Below are positions 41,601-53,600 of a stretch of 64,000 bases of DNA, piece by piece; position 1 is the stretch's first letter; each line of letters opens with the position of its first letter. Source of the stretch: Catajapyx aquilonaris (lineage: Eukaryota); contig KZ538229.1 of assembly GCA_000934665.2 (NCBI GenBank), positions 1-64,000 of the forward strand, in the 5' to 3' direction. The notes beneath the pieces were generated by a model, which saw nothing but the letters and a program-made list of their open reading frames with translations, ran no database searches and was not told where the DNA came from. A program made the translations under genes and the position numbers.

Positions 41601-44600
41601 TAAAAATTGATGGCTCTCTCATGGCAAATTGCTGCTCATTATTATAACCCCCCACTTTTTCTTTTTAAGAGGGAGGATGGAGGTATGGAAATGACTTGCC
41701 CCCCATCTTTTGATCTTGCCATCTTGGGAAAGCCACTTGTGAGATAAAATTCTAATGAGGGCCAGGTTTCCATAAGAAAGCCATTTGTTTTCCGCTTTTT
41801 TTTTGTGAGCTGGGATGGGACCTGATGGTGAAATTTCAGAGGTTTGAAATACTCGGATTAGTGTGTACAAGTATGTAAGACATGCTTTAACACAGTAACG
41901 GACATGCCATTTAATCCAGATATGCCTGAATTATTTTTTGTATGCGCATATGGGAGAACCCACGCGAACGATGGGTTCTCTCCGTATTCGCGTGGGTTTT
42001 CTCGGGGTTCTCCCGTTTCCTCCCACAAAAATCAATCACAGCACAGGCAAATGATGAAAAACGGCCAATAAAAAGACGATCCCCTAAAAGAAGACCTACT
42101 AGTATATAAAAATTCAGAACTAATACTGTACTCGTAGTGTACCGTATAGAGGCACAAGTGTCCGCTAAAGGCTAAACATATCATTGTTGAAAGCAAACGC
42201 TTAATATAATCATTACAACACGACAACCGTGTCCCTGATAGGCTTTGTGTAACTCGCACAATTTACACGCGGAGATTGGGTCTATGGACACGAGTATGGA
42301 CCGATGTCGTGACATGGCTTTGATGGTAATTATTGTGTCAACCAGCTTGTGTTATGATCCGGGGCAACAGGTTATATACCCCCGTGAGCTGAGTTTGATT
42401 ATCCGGGACACGAAGGGTGGGGGTGTGGGTGGGGATTATACCTCGTCATGATTTTTTAGAGTATCGGACAACATTTGAACTCTGCGACCAGAATTTCCAG
42501 GCCCAAACTCCGACATTTTGATATGAGTAGCAGTCCCCGGGCTGTCCCCGCACATGACACGCTTCATTACTCCTGATGGGAGTTTTACATCGACTAACTT
42601 TGCTCCCCCGATTTGTTGCGCCTGTGTCACGGACTACATTATCGCATGAGTTGGGTGAGGACAAGCCCACGCTGCAGCCCCTGTCTCTCTACATATTTTT
42701 GAGAGAAAGGAAAAAAAAAAAAACCGCCTTCATCATAAACCGCTTGAGCTTGCAAAAAGGCGCAGATCCCGCCCTTGATTTATGCTCCACCTAAGAGTGT
42801 GCCAACAAACCCACAGGCCATTGGACAGGTGCAACTAGGTACAACCAATTCTGTCGCATTATGACTTGCACAGCTGTGGTCTGCCAGCAAAAAAAAGGTA
42901 CGACGCCAGGCTTCTCATTTGAATTTCGCAAGGAGTGTGTGCTTTTGGCAAAAGGAGCCGCCGATATTATTTTAAATAGATGGCGTCGCCTTTTTTATGC
43001 AAAAAAAAATCATAACATCCTGCGATTATGCAACACTCAACGCTCGAGGCCCAACAGGGATGCCTACAGGTTAGGATACTTAATTTTTGCGGTATGTGGA
43101 AACGAGCAGGTGCGAATTTTTTGCAACCACAATCGTTGCTCCACACCCGATTGCGTAATGTGTCAAAGCGGAATGAATGAGGGCTCCATTTATAGAGTTT
43201 ATGGCGCCATAATTCATTCAACGTGAGGTGCACGTTATATGAGAATATTGGAAAATGCGATTTTAAATTATTTTACTGTGCGTAAAAATTTGGCAGGAGT
43301 TTTTCCGATGGGCTGGTATTCTACACTCCAGATTTTTTTCTCAATTAATATAAATCATCAATTTATTACTTGAAATGGTAAAAGTTTCTGGTTGTGACCA
43401 TGCTGTGTCGAACTTTAGCAGCTTCATGGTACCAAGTTGCACTTTTGTTGCCCTCGACACATCATTATACACTTCAGAAGTTTGTTGTTGTGCGCCGATG
43501 GTGTGGAGGAAGCAGGTCGGGGGCGTCCTCTTAACCCAAAATGCTGGTATAGCTGGGCTACCAATAAACCGTTGTATCTATGTCGTCCTGGGACTATAAT
43601 CCCATTGATTTACAAGTATCAATAGTCGGCCGCCGGGCTCAAATCCGGGCCAAAAAAAAAATTTCATATTTTACAGCCCTAGCAATCCACATCCCATATA
43701 AAAATTCGCACCCCAGTTTCAGTTTTGCAATATCCGCTGGCAAAACTTAGCACCGCGGTTTTCGTTTTTACCGGTTTTTTTCGCACAGCCCTCACGCAGG
43801 AACCGCTGGCTTGCTAAAGGTGCAAAGTCATAAATTAATTTATAATAACTAGGTTCATAGCGGATTTTATTATGACCAGCAACACCGCATTCCCTTCGCA
43901 CATTATAATTCTTATCGTGTTTGATTAAACGATCCGCAGACCAGTAATTGAAGCACTTTGACGCTACACCTACTCTTGTTTTCACACCGTCACCTTATTC
44001 CGGTCTGCACGCGCCTTTGCCACAATTTGCTGGGCATTTCCTGAGCTGAATTCGGAGTTCCCTCCAAATCCTAGAGAAAAAAATGATGGCGCCTTAAAGA
44101 TGGAGCGAAAATTTTTGCCGCGAAAGACTTGCAGAAAAGAAGGAACAACAAAAACAACAACAAAAATGTTCACCTTCCGCGAACTGGTTTGTATAGGAGT
44201 CGCGGCGCCATGGAGCTGACCTCTTCGAACTAGGTCTCGAGCACTAAATTTTCCACCTGATCTTTATAGGCCTAATGCAATGTCGCATCCCATGGCGATA
44301 AACAGATTACTTCTCCACTTCGGCTCCAAGCCAGCAGGAGGATAACACACACAAAAAAGTGAAGGGGGTGACATTTAAAAAAAATTGTCAGCACGATGTG
44401 CAAGATAAAGCACACTCGAGTCCTTCAAGAGTGACCAATAGTTTGCAATATTGCATGAAATGTCTGGGCCGGGTTGCCATTAAACTGTCGCGATTTGCAA
44501 TTCTAACCCACACCCGGTGGCAGCCCCCACGACGATTATGAAGGTTAATAAATAAAGATCGGTGCGAAAAGTAATGATATCACCAGACCGTAACTCTGGC

Positions 44601-47600
44601 GGAGGCTTATCTCACAGGGGGCCCTGCCATGGCATATACGTACCCCCCTAGTGAGATAAGGTGCGGCGACAGTCCCTGAAAAATCTCCAGAGCAGTGTCG
44701 AAAACTAGTATGTACAGAACCAGAATAAGTCCACGCCCAACATGCCCTCATCAGGCCTTGAATTTCAGGGATTACGAGATGGAGATATGTCCTAATTATA
44801 ACGGAAATGAATTTGACGCATTGTTAGTTGTTTGTATGCCGCCTTGATCATTTAGGCTGTTTTGTTAGTGGGGGACAGATGTGGGCAGATTGATAGGGGG
44901 TATTAAACTAATTGCATGGTCAACAAGTGTTGTAAGTTAGCGAAATTTTTAACGAAATATGACATGTAGGATTGATCCGATTGAAATACTCGAAATGTGA
45001 GTGTAAATCCAGTACAGTTCAGATTTTTAGGTCATGCCACTGCGGAGCAATCTGTTTCCAAAACGATTAGAAAACCTTATCCATATTTGAACAACTCAGA
45101 TGAACTCCCACTGAAAATGAGCAAATGCAGAGCACATATCGACCTCCCATCCCATAACATAGAGTCAACGCCCATTTCTGCAATCCTAGAGCCCGTCGCA
45201 TTGTTACCTAGGCGAATTGTCTCCGAAATAGTTGGACCTCCGTTGTGCACAAACTGGGTCCGGTATTAGCCTGTAAGCTTCCAGCAAATTGCACCTCCAC
45301 AGTGAAGGCGGTCATAGATTTCCGGTCGAAATAGAATCCGGTTTCGATCCGGGCAAAAGGAAACGGCTCGTGCTGCAGCTTGTGTGCTTTAGGTTGCCAT
45401 GGCCGCCCAGCATGGGGTCCAAACCGCAACTTTGCCTCTGCAAAACCGCCAAATCCAAACTTGAGAAGCAACTTCTGAGGGAGTTAATTGAATTGGATTC
45501 TGTGTGTGGCGGTACCGGTTGCTGCTACTACTACTTTTTGGCCAACCCACAGCCCCCCCTCCGCAACGCTTGGCTTTACGTGTAATTATGCATGAACACC
45601 TTCCCAGCCAGTTATGAAATCCTTCATAAATCGGGGAAGGTGAAACCGGAGTCATAAAATGGGTTTGGTGGCCATATTAGGCTGCTGATTTTTTGGCCAA
45701 CTGCCTATGTTCATATATGGTCATCGGAAGCAAGATGGACCTCCTGGTGGACTGCTGAATGCGTAATGAGCGTGTGCCTCTCCTGGCAGGCGCCAACAAC
45801 AGAGATGGGACACTTGGCCGACTTGCCAAACAGGCTAATTGCTAAGCCAAAGTGTCACGTTCACACTCAACTTGCAATAATATTAATAATAATTCCGACC
45901 CGGGGTCGAAATTCTGGAATGACCCCACACGGGTCCCTAACTGACGACACATGTACCAAATAGGGGAAAATCCGGCAGCCTCTAAAGATGGTCCTCTGGC
46001 TGAGTTAGTAGTCGGCGCTCCTGTGTCTGGCATGAATTTATGCCCGTCTCCACAGCTAATGAAGCGGACCATAGGCGCCCGGCGCCTACATTTTTTTCAG
46101 TTGCCAACCAAAGCCAGATTCGAAAAAGAAGACACGCTGGATGGACAGGAGGAAGCATCCGCCCTCGCCCAAAAACAAGCCCAATTTCCATACGCTCGTG
46201 GCAGGAGGATCCGCCCTAAGATTTTTTTTAACACTAGAAAAACCTCCCAATTTTTGTGTGGGATGCAATGCAATAATAGACGGAGCCGCTTTGCTCTAAA
46301 TGCATCTCAAACGAGGTGGACTGGTTTTTAAGGGGGAGGAACCGTATTTTTTTTTGTGGGATTCGCTTCTGTCTCAATAGTTGAAGGAATGGTCGATTCC
46401 TTTTCTGGAGATGACCGTGGAGAAAGGTGGGGGGGAGAGGAAAAATTAGATACGGTGCCTAAAAGGGAGGATTGGGACGATGGCCTTGCCATTCATTCCC
46501 TGAGTTTAATTCCAGATAAGCCTGTCCGGAGGTGAAAACGAGGGGATTTTTGGGACTAAACTGGAAGTTTTTTGGGGGGGACTAGTTTGTTTGGTTGGAT
46601 TTGGCGAGGCTCGAATTTTGGGTCACGACTGTTTGGGGGGTGCCTGCAGGGCAGTGCTTGGAATGAATTTGGCGTGAAAAATATAGAGCGCTGTTTAAAA
46701 ATATCCTGGAGCACAACCCGTAACGATTTTATGAAAACACTGCATGATATCCCCCTATGAAAGCACCCACGCCGATCTTAAAATGGAGCACATCAATCGT
46801 AAATTTTTTGGTCATTCCCAATATTCATAAGGATGTAGGTCTGATCAGTATGCAGAATTTAAATATTTGTGATCTACATATTGATTAGTTTCCAGCATTA
46901 CAATTAATCGACAATTTTTGACATGAACTGTGCATCATATCATGGTATTCGATTTTTTCGTTCAATTAATTTTTGAAAATGCCAACCTGTGATTACAGCA
47001 CATTTGCTGGCTTATTCCGTCTTTTAAGTGTTCTTGTTGCATTTATTTCAAGGGCTGACATAACAACAGGAAGTTGAATAACCACGTGCACGCTTTTAAG
47101 TAAAGCTTTTGCTGCAAAACGTCTACTTGGACATGTGCCGTTTTGCAGTCGAGCTCCTGTGTTGGCCCTGACTGACTTTTTAAGAAACACGTTGCACTTT
47201 TTTTTCTCTCTCTCTCGAAGTCCCCGCCGGGTCCATGTCCGAACATTATTATGGCGAAGACTGAGGGTTTCTGTTGCCAAGAGGACATCCGTGAGACATT
47301 TTAAGAGCTGCTTCCAAGGTCGTAAAGCTCTCTTTCTTTCTTCAGGGTCGGGCAAACGAGAAGTAGCCAAATGAGGTTACCTCACATCTCTTGTACATCG
47401 ACCTCGATTTTCATTCTCCACTATTCGGGCCAATAATTGCGAGCCAATTGTACAATGGAAATGAGGCAAAAGTAGTGACGCATATGTTTCCCGGAAGCAA
47501 TGCGCGTTAGAAGATTTATTTCAACGGACTCTAAAAGTGTGGGGGTGTTCGTGAGATTCCCCAAAGGTCTACTTTGGTATCCCTTCCCGAGAAACTTGGC

Positions 47601-50600
47601 GTCTTCCAGGGATCCTCGTACTTACACCACACCGGAGAGGAAATATTCCTCCGCATAGTTTCATCCCAGGGGGGAATTTCCGGCCGTCAAAAAATTTCAT
47701 CCGCCAAAAAAATATTTGAATCTGAGAGGCCCCCCCCCCACTTTCTCTCAAAAATTCCAGCCGCAATTACTCGATGACATTTTGAGTCCAAGCAACTTTC
47801 CATGTACATGCTGACAAGAAAATTACCGCTCGAGTAAACTATTAAGCAACCTGAGACACATTTGGGTATATGCAGGACTTACCTCTGTTGTTCTTCTCTT
47901 CTTCTTCCACATAATCTCGTCCGTAGTTGTGGCGATCTTCCTGTAGGATTTCATGTCCTGAAATGAACAGCAGGATTAGTACAGTGCAGTATACAATTAT
48001 GTGTCACAATGCAGGTACAGCAGGATTTCGATTTCCCAAACCGTTTCGGTATTTCAGGGTTGTATTTTTAGCCTCGGTTTTGCTTTCAGCACGTTTTATA
48101 CTCTGGAAAGCACGAGGCGTTTGGTTCGGTTGCGTGATCACATTATTGAGTTGCAAAGGAACCATGGTAAAATCTGGTCTGGTTTGTGGAACCAGAAGGA
48201 AGCCGAGAATATTAGCCAAGAGAGGAAAAGTTGGGTTTTCTGCAGAGGAAGATCGATACAACCCTGTTCGAAACATATTCCGTCGCCGGCCTTTTTTCTG
48301 CATCGACGAGTGGGGGGGACCGCTTGTCAGAGACACCGCTGCTTCGCTTTTCGACTCCAGATACGTACATCTACGCCCTGATTGTCAATGAGGAAATCTC
48401 CCGGAGAAATTCTGTTCAACCGATCCTAGCTTCAATTACCGGCTTTTCGTTACGAGACATCCAAAGCAGGATGAATGAATGTCCGTTTTGTACCTTTCTC
48501 AAAAGGTTTCTACCGGGGCAGGTCAGCTTAAATCACACAAAATGCGTGCAAGTCCTTTTCCAGCTGAAGGAGTCTGACATTTCTATTACTCCGCACCTCC
48601 GACTATAAATCAGGCTTTTCCCTTCCCCGTCGTCGCAAAGGAGATTGTTAGACTAATTTGCATTTCGGGATTAGGGGAGAAGGCGATAATAACGATCGCC
48701 ACGTTTCACTGCTTCACAATAGGAGGAGTTTGTGGATGTTGCAATACATCAGGCTTAAGAGAAGGGGACAAATCTTGACTGCTAACATTAGGGCTATTTG
48801 TATGGACAATGCGATCCGCGTCATTAGGGACACTGACATCTAGGGGTGAGTCAGAACGGGTGGCCTTGTTGCAGTTTGGGACTCACCCTGTACATCATGT
48901 AATAGCCAGCAAGACACCTACTTGGTGGGAGAATGAGGGATGCTGTTTCCAGGCCCCACTTGACAAGTTGTTAGCAGTATATAGGGCCAAAGCTGACCGT
49001 TCCCGTGCCAAGAATGCCTCGTGTTTGTCTAGACCCCGGCGCAACAGTATTTTGGATTCCTTGCAGTCGTCGGCGAGGTTTACTAGCCCTTTGTAGCCAG
49101 CAGGCCTCGAAGGGACTGCGGATGCCCACTTTTGATGCTGCCTCTGGCTTGTTCCGGTGACTCAAAGAGGCCAGTACCGATCCCTTTGATGTCCATATTA
49201 TTTTGCAAACTATTCGCAACCTCCGATAGGGGGGAACATCCGGACATGCTCAAATTGTACCGGCCTCTTTTTTCCACGCCAGATGAGCCAGAATTGCCCT
49301 CTCAGGCGTTGGTGAAACCCAAGGGCGTCAATTAACGTCTTCAATTGGCCAGTGAATTTTCTGTCAACTGCTTCAGGCAACGGCAAATTATTTACCACCT
49401 GTGAAAGCTCCTCAGGTGGAATATACAGGTTGTGGATATGCGAAAAGGAGAGCTCCCCCCTCGGGGAGTATTAATAAGGAAAGGGCATAAATACCACAAG
49501 GATGTATAAAACAGTTATGGACTTGTTCTGGCCCTTTTTGTTTGATTATTAATCAAGTGCGATATGATGTGCAAATATTAATTTCCTGGTCGAGCTTCGT
49601 TTGGTATTAATGGTACGAACACATTACGTTGCACATACCTGAGCTGATTACTATTACATACCTTGCAATGTATTTTAAGCCCACACTCGTCATCAGTATT
49701 TAAGCAGGTCCTTATCAATTCGGTACCAATCCTTCATAAAACAGGAATTTAAGATTTAGTGACTCTTTTCACGGCACATGCGACCTTTTCCAATGGGAGG
49801 TGGACCCGATGTTTCATATATTGGAAATATGAATTTTTGCTTTATGCCGAATTACACGAATCCTTATTAACACAACCTGCCTATCTCTTCTGTTCACAGG
49901 GAAGCCTAACAACCAGGAGGAAGCAGGATCGGTAAGCTCTTTTTGCATTAGTATATTTCACGCGCACCTCCATCAGTACAATCCACCGATATACAGTCCG
50001 CAATGTTATCTCCATGATTACGTCACGTATCCCAGGCCCCTTCTAATTAACGTAACCTATCTGAGCCGCTCTAAACCTGCAATTAGCCAGCCCTGGAAGC
50101 CTCCATTCTCCACGTGCATGCTGGGGCTACTACCTCTCTCTGAGTGTGTACACGGGCTGGTTAGCAGCCTAAGGTGACGCATGTCGACCTCAGAGTTCAT
50201 TACTACGCCGGATTTGAGTGCGCTGCTGGCGATGTCTATCAGCGAATCTCTCTCTCAGAGTGGAGTCCATGACCGAGAAACACGATGCGTATTTGGATTG
50301 TTGGCCGGAAGCGCCGGATTTGCCCCCCTTTTGCCCCCTGTCTCTCTGAATTCGCCAGCCGACAAGAAGAGTGTTGCTAAACTCAGGCCTTTTTGGTTGC
50401 ATGTCAACCGCTTTTTCCCGCAGAAAAAATATTTTGTTCGCGAATTATGTGATGAGTCATGTCGACAAAATTTTTGCGGGTTTTTCTTTTTTTAGAATGA
50501 CGAACTTTTTCTGGGACTGGGTGGGCTCAATGGCCGCGCTATGCTAAAGAGGCGCTTAAATTCAGAGTCACATGCAACCATGTGCGGAGCTATTATGGTC

Positions 50601-53600
50601 ACGTTTGCAAATACCGTGCGTTTGCGTTACGTCACTTGATTACCTTGACTCAAAGCCTCATCCTGCTCCTGGAGAAACGTGGTCAACCTCTAGGCAAAAT
50701 TGCAGCAGGGTACACTCTCATCCATATACTTTTTTTTTTAAAAAAAAAAAAGAAATAAAAAAATTTGGATGAGAGTTGCAGCGAAACTCTCTGAACTACT
50801 TGCGGTGTCAGTTTAATTGGCACGATTATGGCCGATTCTAATTTCTTATGTCAGTATGTCACAACTTTCGCGTGCGTGTTCGTATCACTTTTTACACCAA
50901 TTTCCGTTCGCTCTTTGACTCCATAATAGCGCCCGTCACAGCCTGTCACGTAATTGCAGCAATTGCAAACTTGAACCGGAGACAGAAAGAAAGTGGCCGT
51001 CTTCGTCAATTAATAGTAACGTATACAGTACGCACAAAAAATGTGTGCCTTAACTGTAGAAACTGGCGACGTTCTAGTATATATGCAGACTAGATATCGC
51101 AAAAATACGAGCTATAGACGTAAGTAAGATGGCAGATGCTGTCTTCAGCGAGTAAATAGCGAGCCCATTTGGCCAAGATGGAAAGGCTGTGCGAGACAAA
51201 CTCGACTGGCAATATGGCGAGTACAAGCAGACGATTTACGAAGGCTTTGCGACGTATCGTTCAAACCTTTGGCGCCTCAGCTTGTCAAAAAAGCCTTGCA
51301 TCGCCTGGAATTTTTCTGAGGCCGTTTCCTTGCTTTTACCTCCATAAAGAAAAGTCCTGCTGCGGGGGTTTCTTTATATTTGTCTAAAGACCTATTGCCA
51401 ACATTAGTTTTTCTCCTCTCGGCACAAACTTGCCCAGGCTACTTTCGCGTTCTCGTAAATTTTACCGGAAGGAAGCAGCATCAGAGGCCTGGCCTCGACT
51501 GTGATTTTATACGCCTGTAAGCTCAGGCCAGCAATAGACCTCATTCTGCAAACATTATGCCGAGGGAGATACGGCCTCACATTATTTTTCGCGCCGACTC
51601 TTCCGATGATCCGATCTAGGATATGCGTAGTAATGGTTGGTACGCGACAAAAATGTGCAAGTTCGAAATTCTTGGCAGCTAAGTGTAACAATTGTTAACC
51701 TACAGGCGCGTCGCTTTTGTGTGTATGTGTCTCTCTTTTTTTTTGTACGACGATTTCGTTGTTTTTTTTTATTTGCGAAAGGCCACTACTTGGCGTTTTT
51801 CCTGGCGCCGGACTTACATTTCTCTTCATCTTTGGCGCCATCAGTTACGGTGGAAAGTCACGCTCGACTTGGCGCCAGTCGAGGCGCCACTAATCCGCTA
51901 TAGATGAGCTTAACTCCAGAAAAGCTAGTAGCAGGCTACTTACCCAGAGATTTGGTGGGACACACTTTGCAGCAGGATTTCGCCGGCAACACAGGTTCTT
52001 CGCAGGCAGGTTTTGGGCATTCGTTCTTTACGTTGCGGCAGCGAGTTTTGCCAATCACGCGTCGTTTCTTGTGAATCTGGAAAACCAGAAAGAAATAGAA
52101 AAAAAAATAAGTTACATTTAAGAGGAATTGGCACAGCAACTCTTGGCAGTGTGGACACGGTATGACTGTAGAACAATCGGAGCACATGTATTTTTTTGGC
52201 CTTACTGTGCTCTAATACCTATTTATTTATTGTTATTTATTGCCCTAACCTTACCAAATCTAATGTTATTGCACACTACTTATTAACCTAACCGTGCACA
52301 TCATAATTTGACGGTGTTATGAAATAATGTGTCAACCCACAAAATACCTAAAGGATCGTACTTCATTCAGTTAAAATCAAGCTGGCGAAATCTGCATACT
52401 TCTGCCATAAATGACCGAAAATAGCACTGAATTAATTTCACATACTGTATGACCTTCAAAGCCATTTTTATCAAAATTGGTCTCATGTGGGTTGACTCAT
52501 TATTGCATAACACCCTCCAATTAGGTCTAAATTAACAATTATTTGAATTTTTTGTACAAATCATTGACACCACTGTCCAGAATTGTCCTGACAGTGACAT
52601 ATGCTGAATTCCAATTATGTGTATAGTAATTTCACAATACGATGCCCCAGCAGAATGGGAAGGTTGATTTGATTCCACAGAACTTGTATTAGACGCCACG
52701 CCTAAAAAGGGGTGAAGACAACACCACGTGGATATATTTTTTTTCGTTCCTCCGCCCCTTCAGTGGGTTTGAATGGCAAAGGCCGTCATTCTTAGGAAGA
52801 AGAGACCGTTGATGGCCCAAAACCTCATGCTCTTTCTCCCACTCTGGTAGTGGGCGTTGCTTCACGACCTGTCAAGTGGTCCACCCCATGCCCCACCCCA
52901 CCTCCTCCAGGTTGTTTTTTTGTGTGAGGTTGGCAGGCCTGGATTAAGAAAAAAAAAAAGCGACATGGACTAACGGATACCAGCATGGTGGTCCTACAAC
53001 CCGCAACATCACGCTGTGTAGCACGTCCCTGATGAATGGGGATTTCCTCATGTGCCTTATCACCTACTCCCTGTCTCCATATTGTACATGCACTCCTACG
53101 CACCCTGTACAAAACGAGCCACTCTTCTTCCCAACCCCTTTTTTTTCCTTCAGAACTCGATCCCCAATGCAGTGATCGTGTGGTGGCGAAAAGTTCTCCG
53201 GGAGTTCCTTCAGGGAATTTCTCACTTATTTATTGCGATGGGCACGCCACATTTGGCACACGTATACAGCCCTCCGTTCGAAAAACTTCAGCTGTTTCTA
53301 GGGACTTTTAAGTACCCTATCTTGATTTTGCCTGGCTTTAAAAGGGGGCAATGACTAATGGCAGGGGGACAAAGTTTAGGCCTGAATGACTACTTTAAAA
53401 AAATATATATTCGCTCCACTGGACTTTTCGGTCTGGTGGCAAAAATCAAGTTTTGCAAGTCTCCAACTTTCTTCAGCTGATCGTAGCTCTTTTTTTTCCA
53501 CTCAAAACTGCTGCGACGCCATAAAGATACCAGCACCATCGATTCTGCGGGTTACTTTTTTCCTGAGAGACCTTGGCTCCGGTGCTTGACTTGATACACA

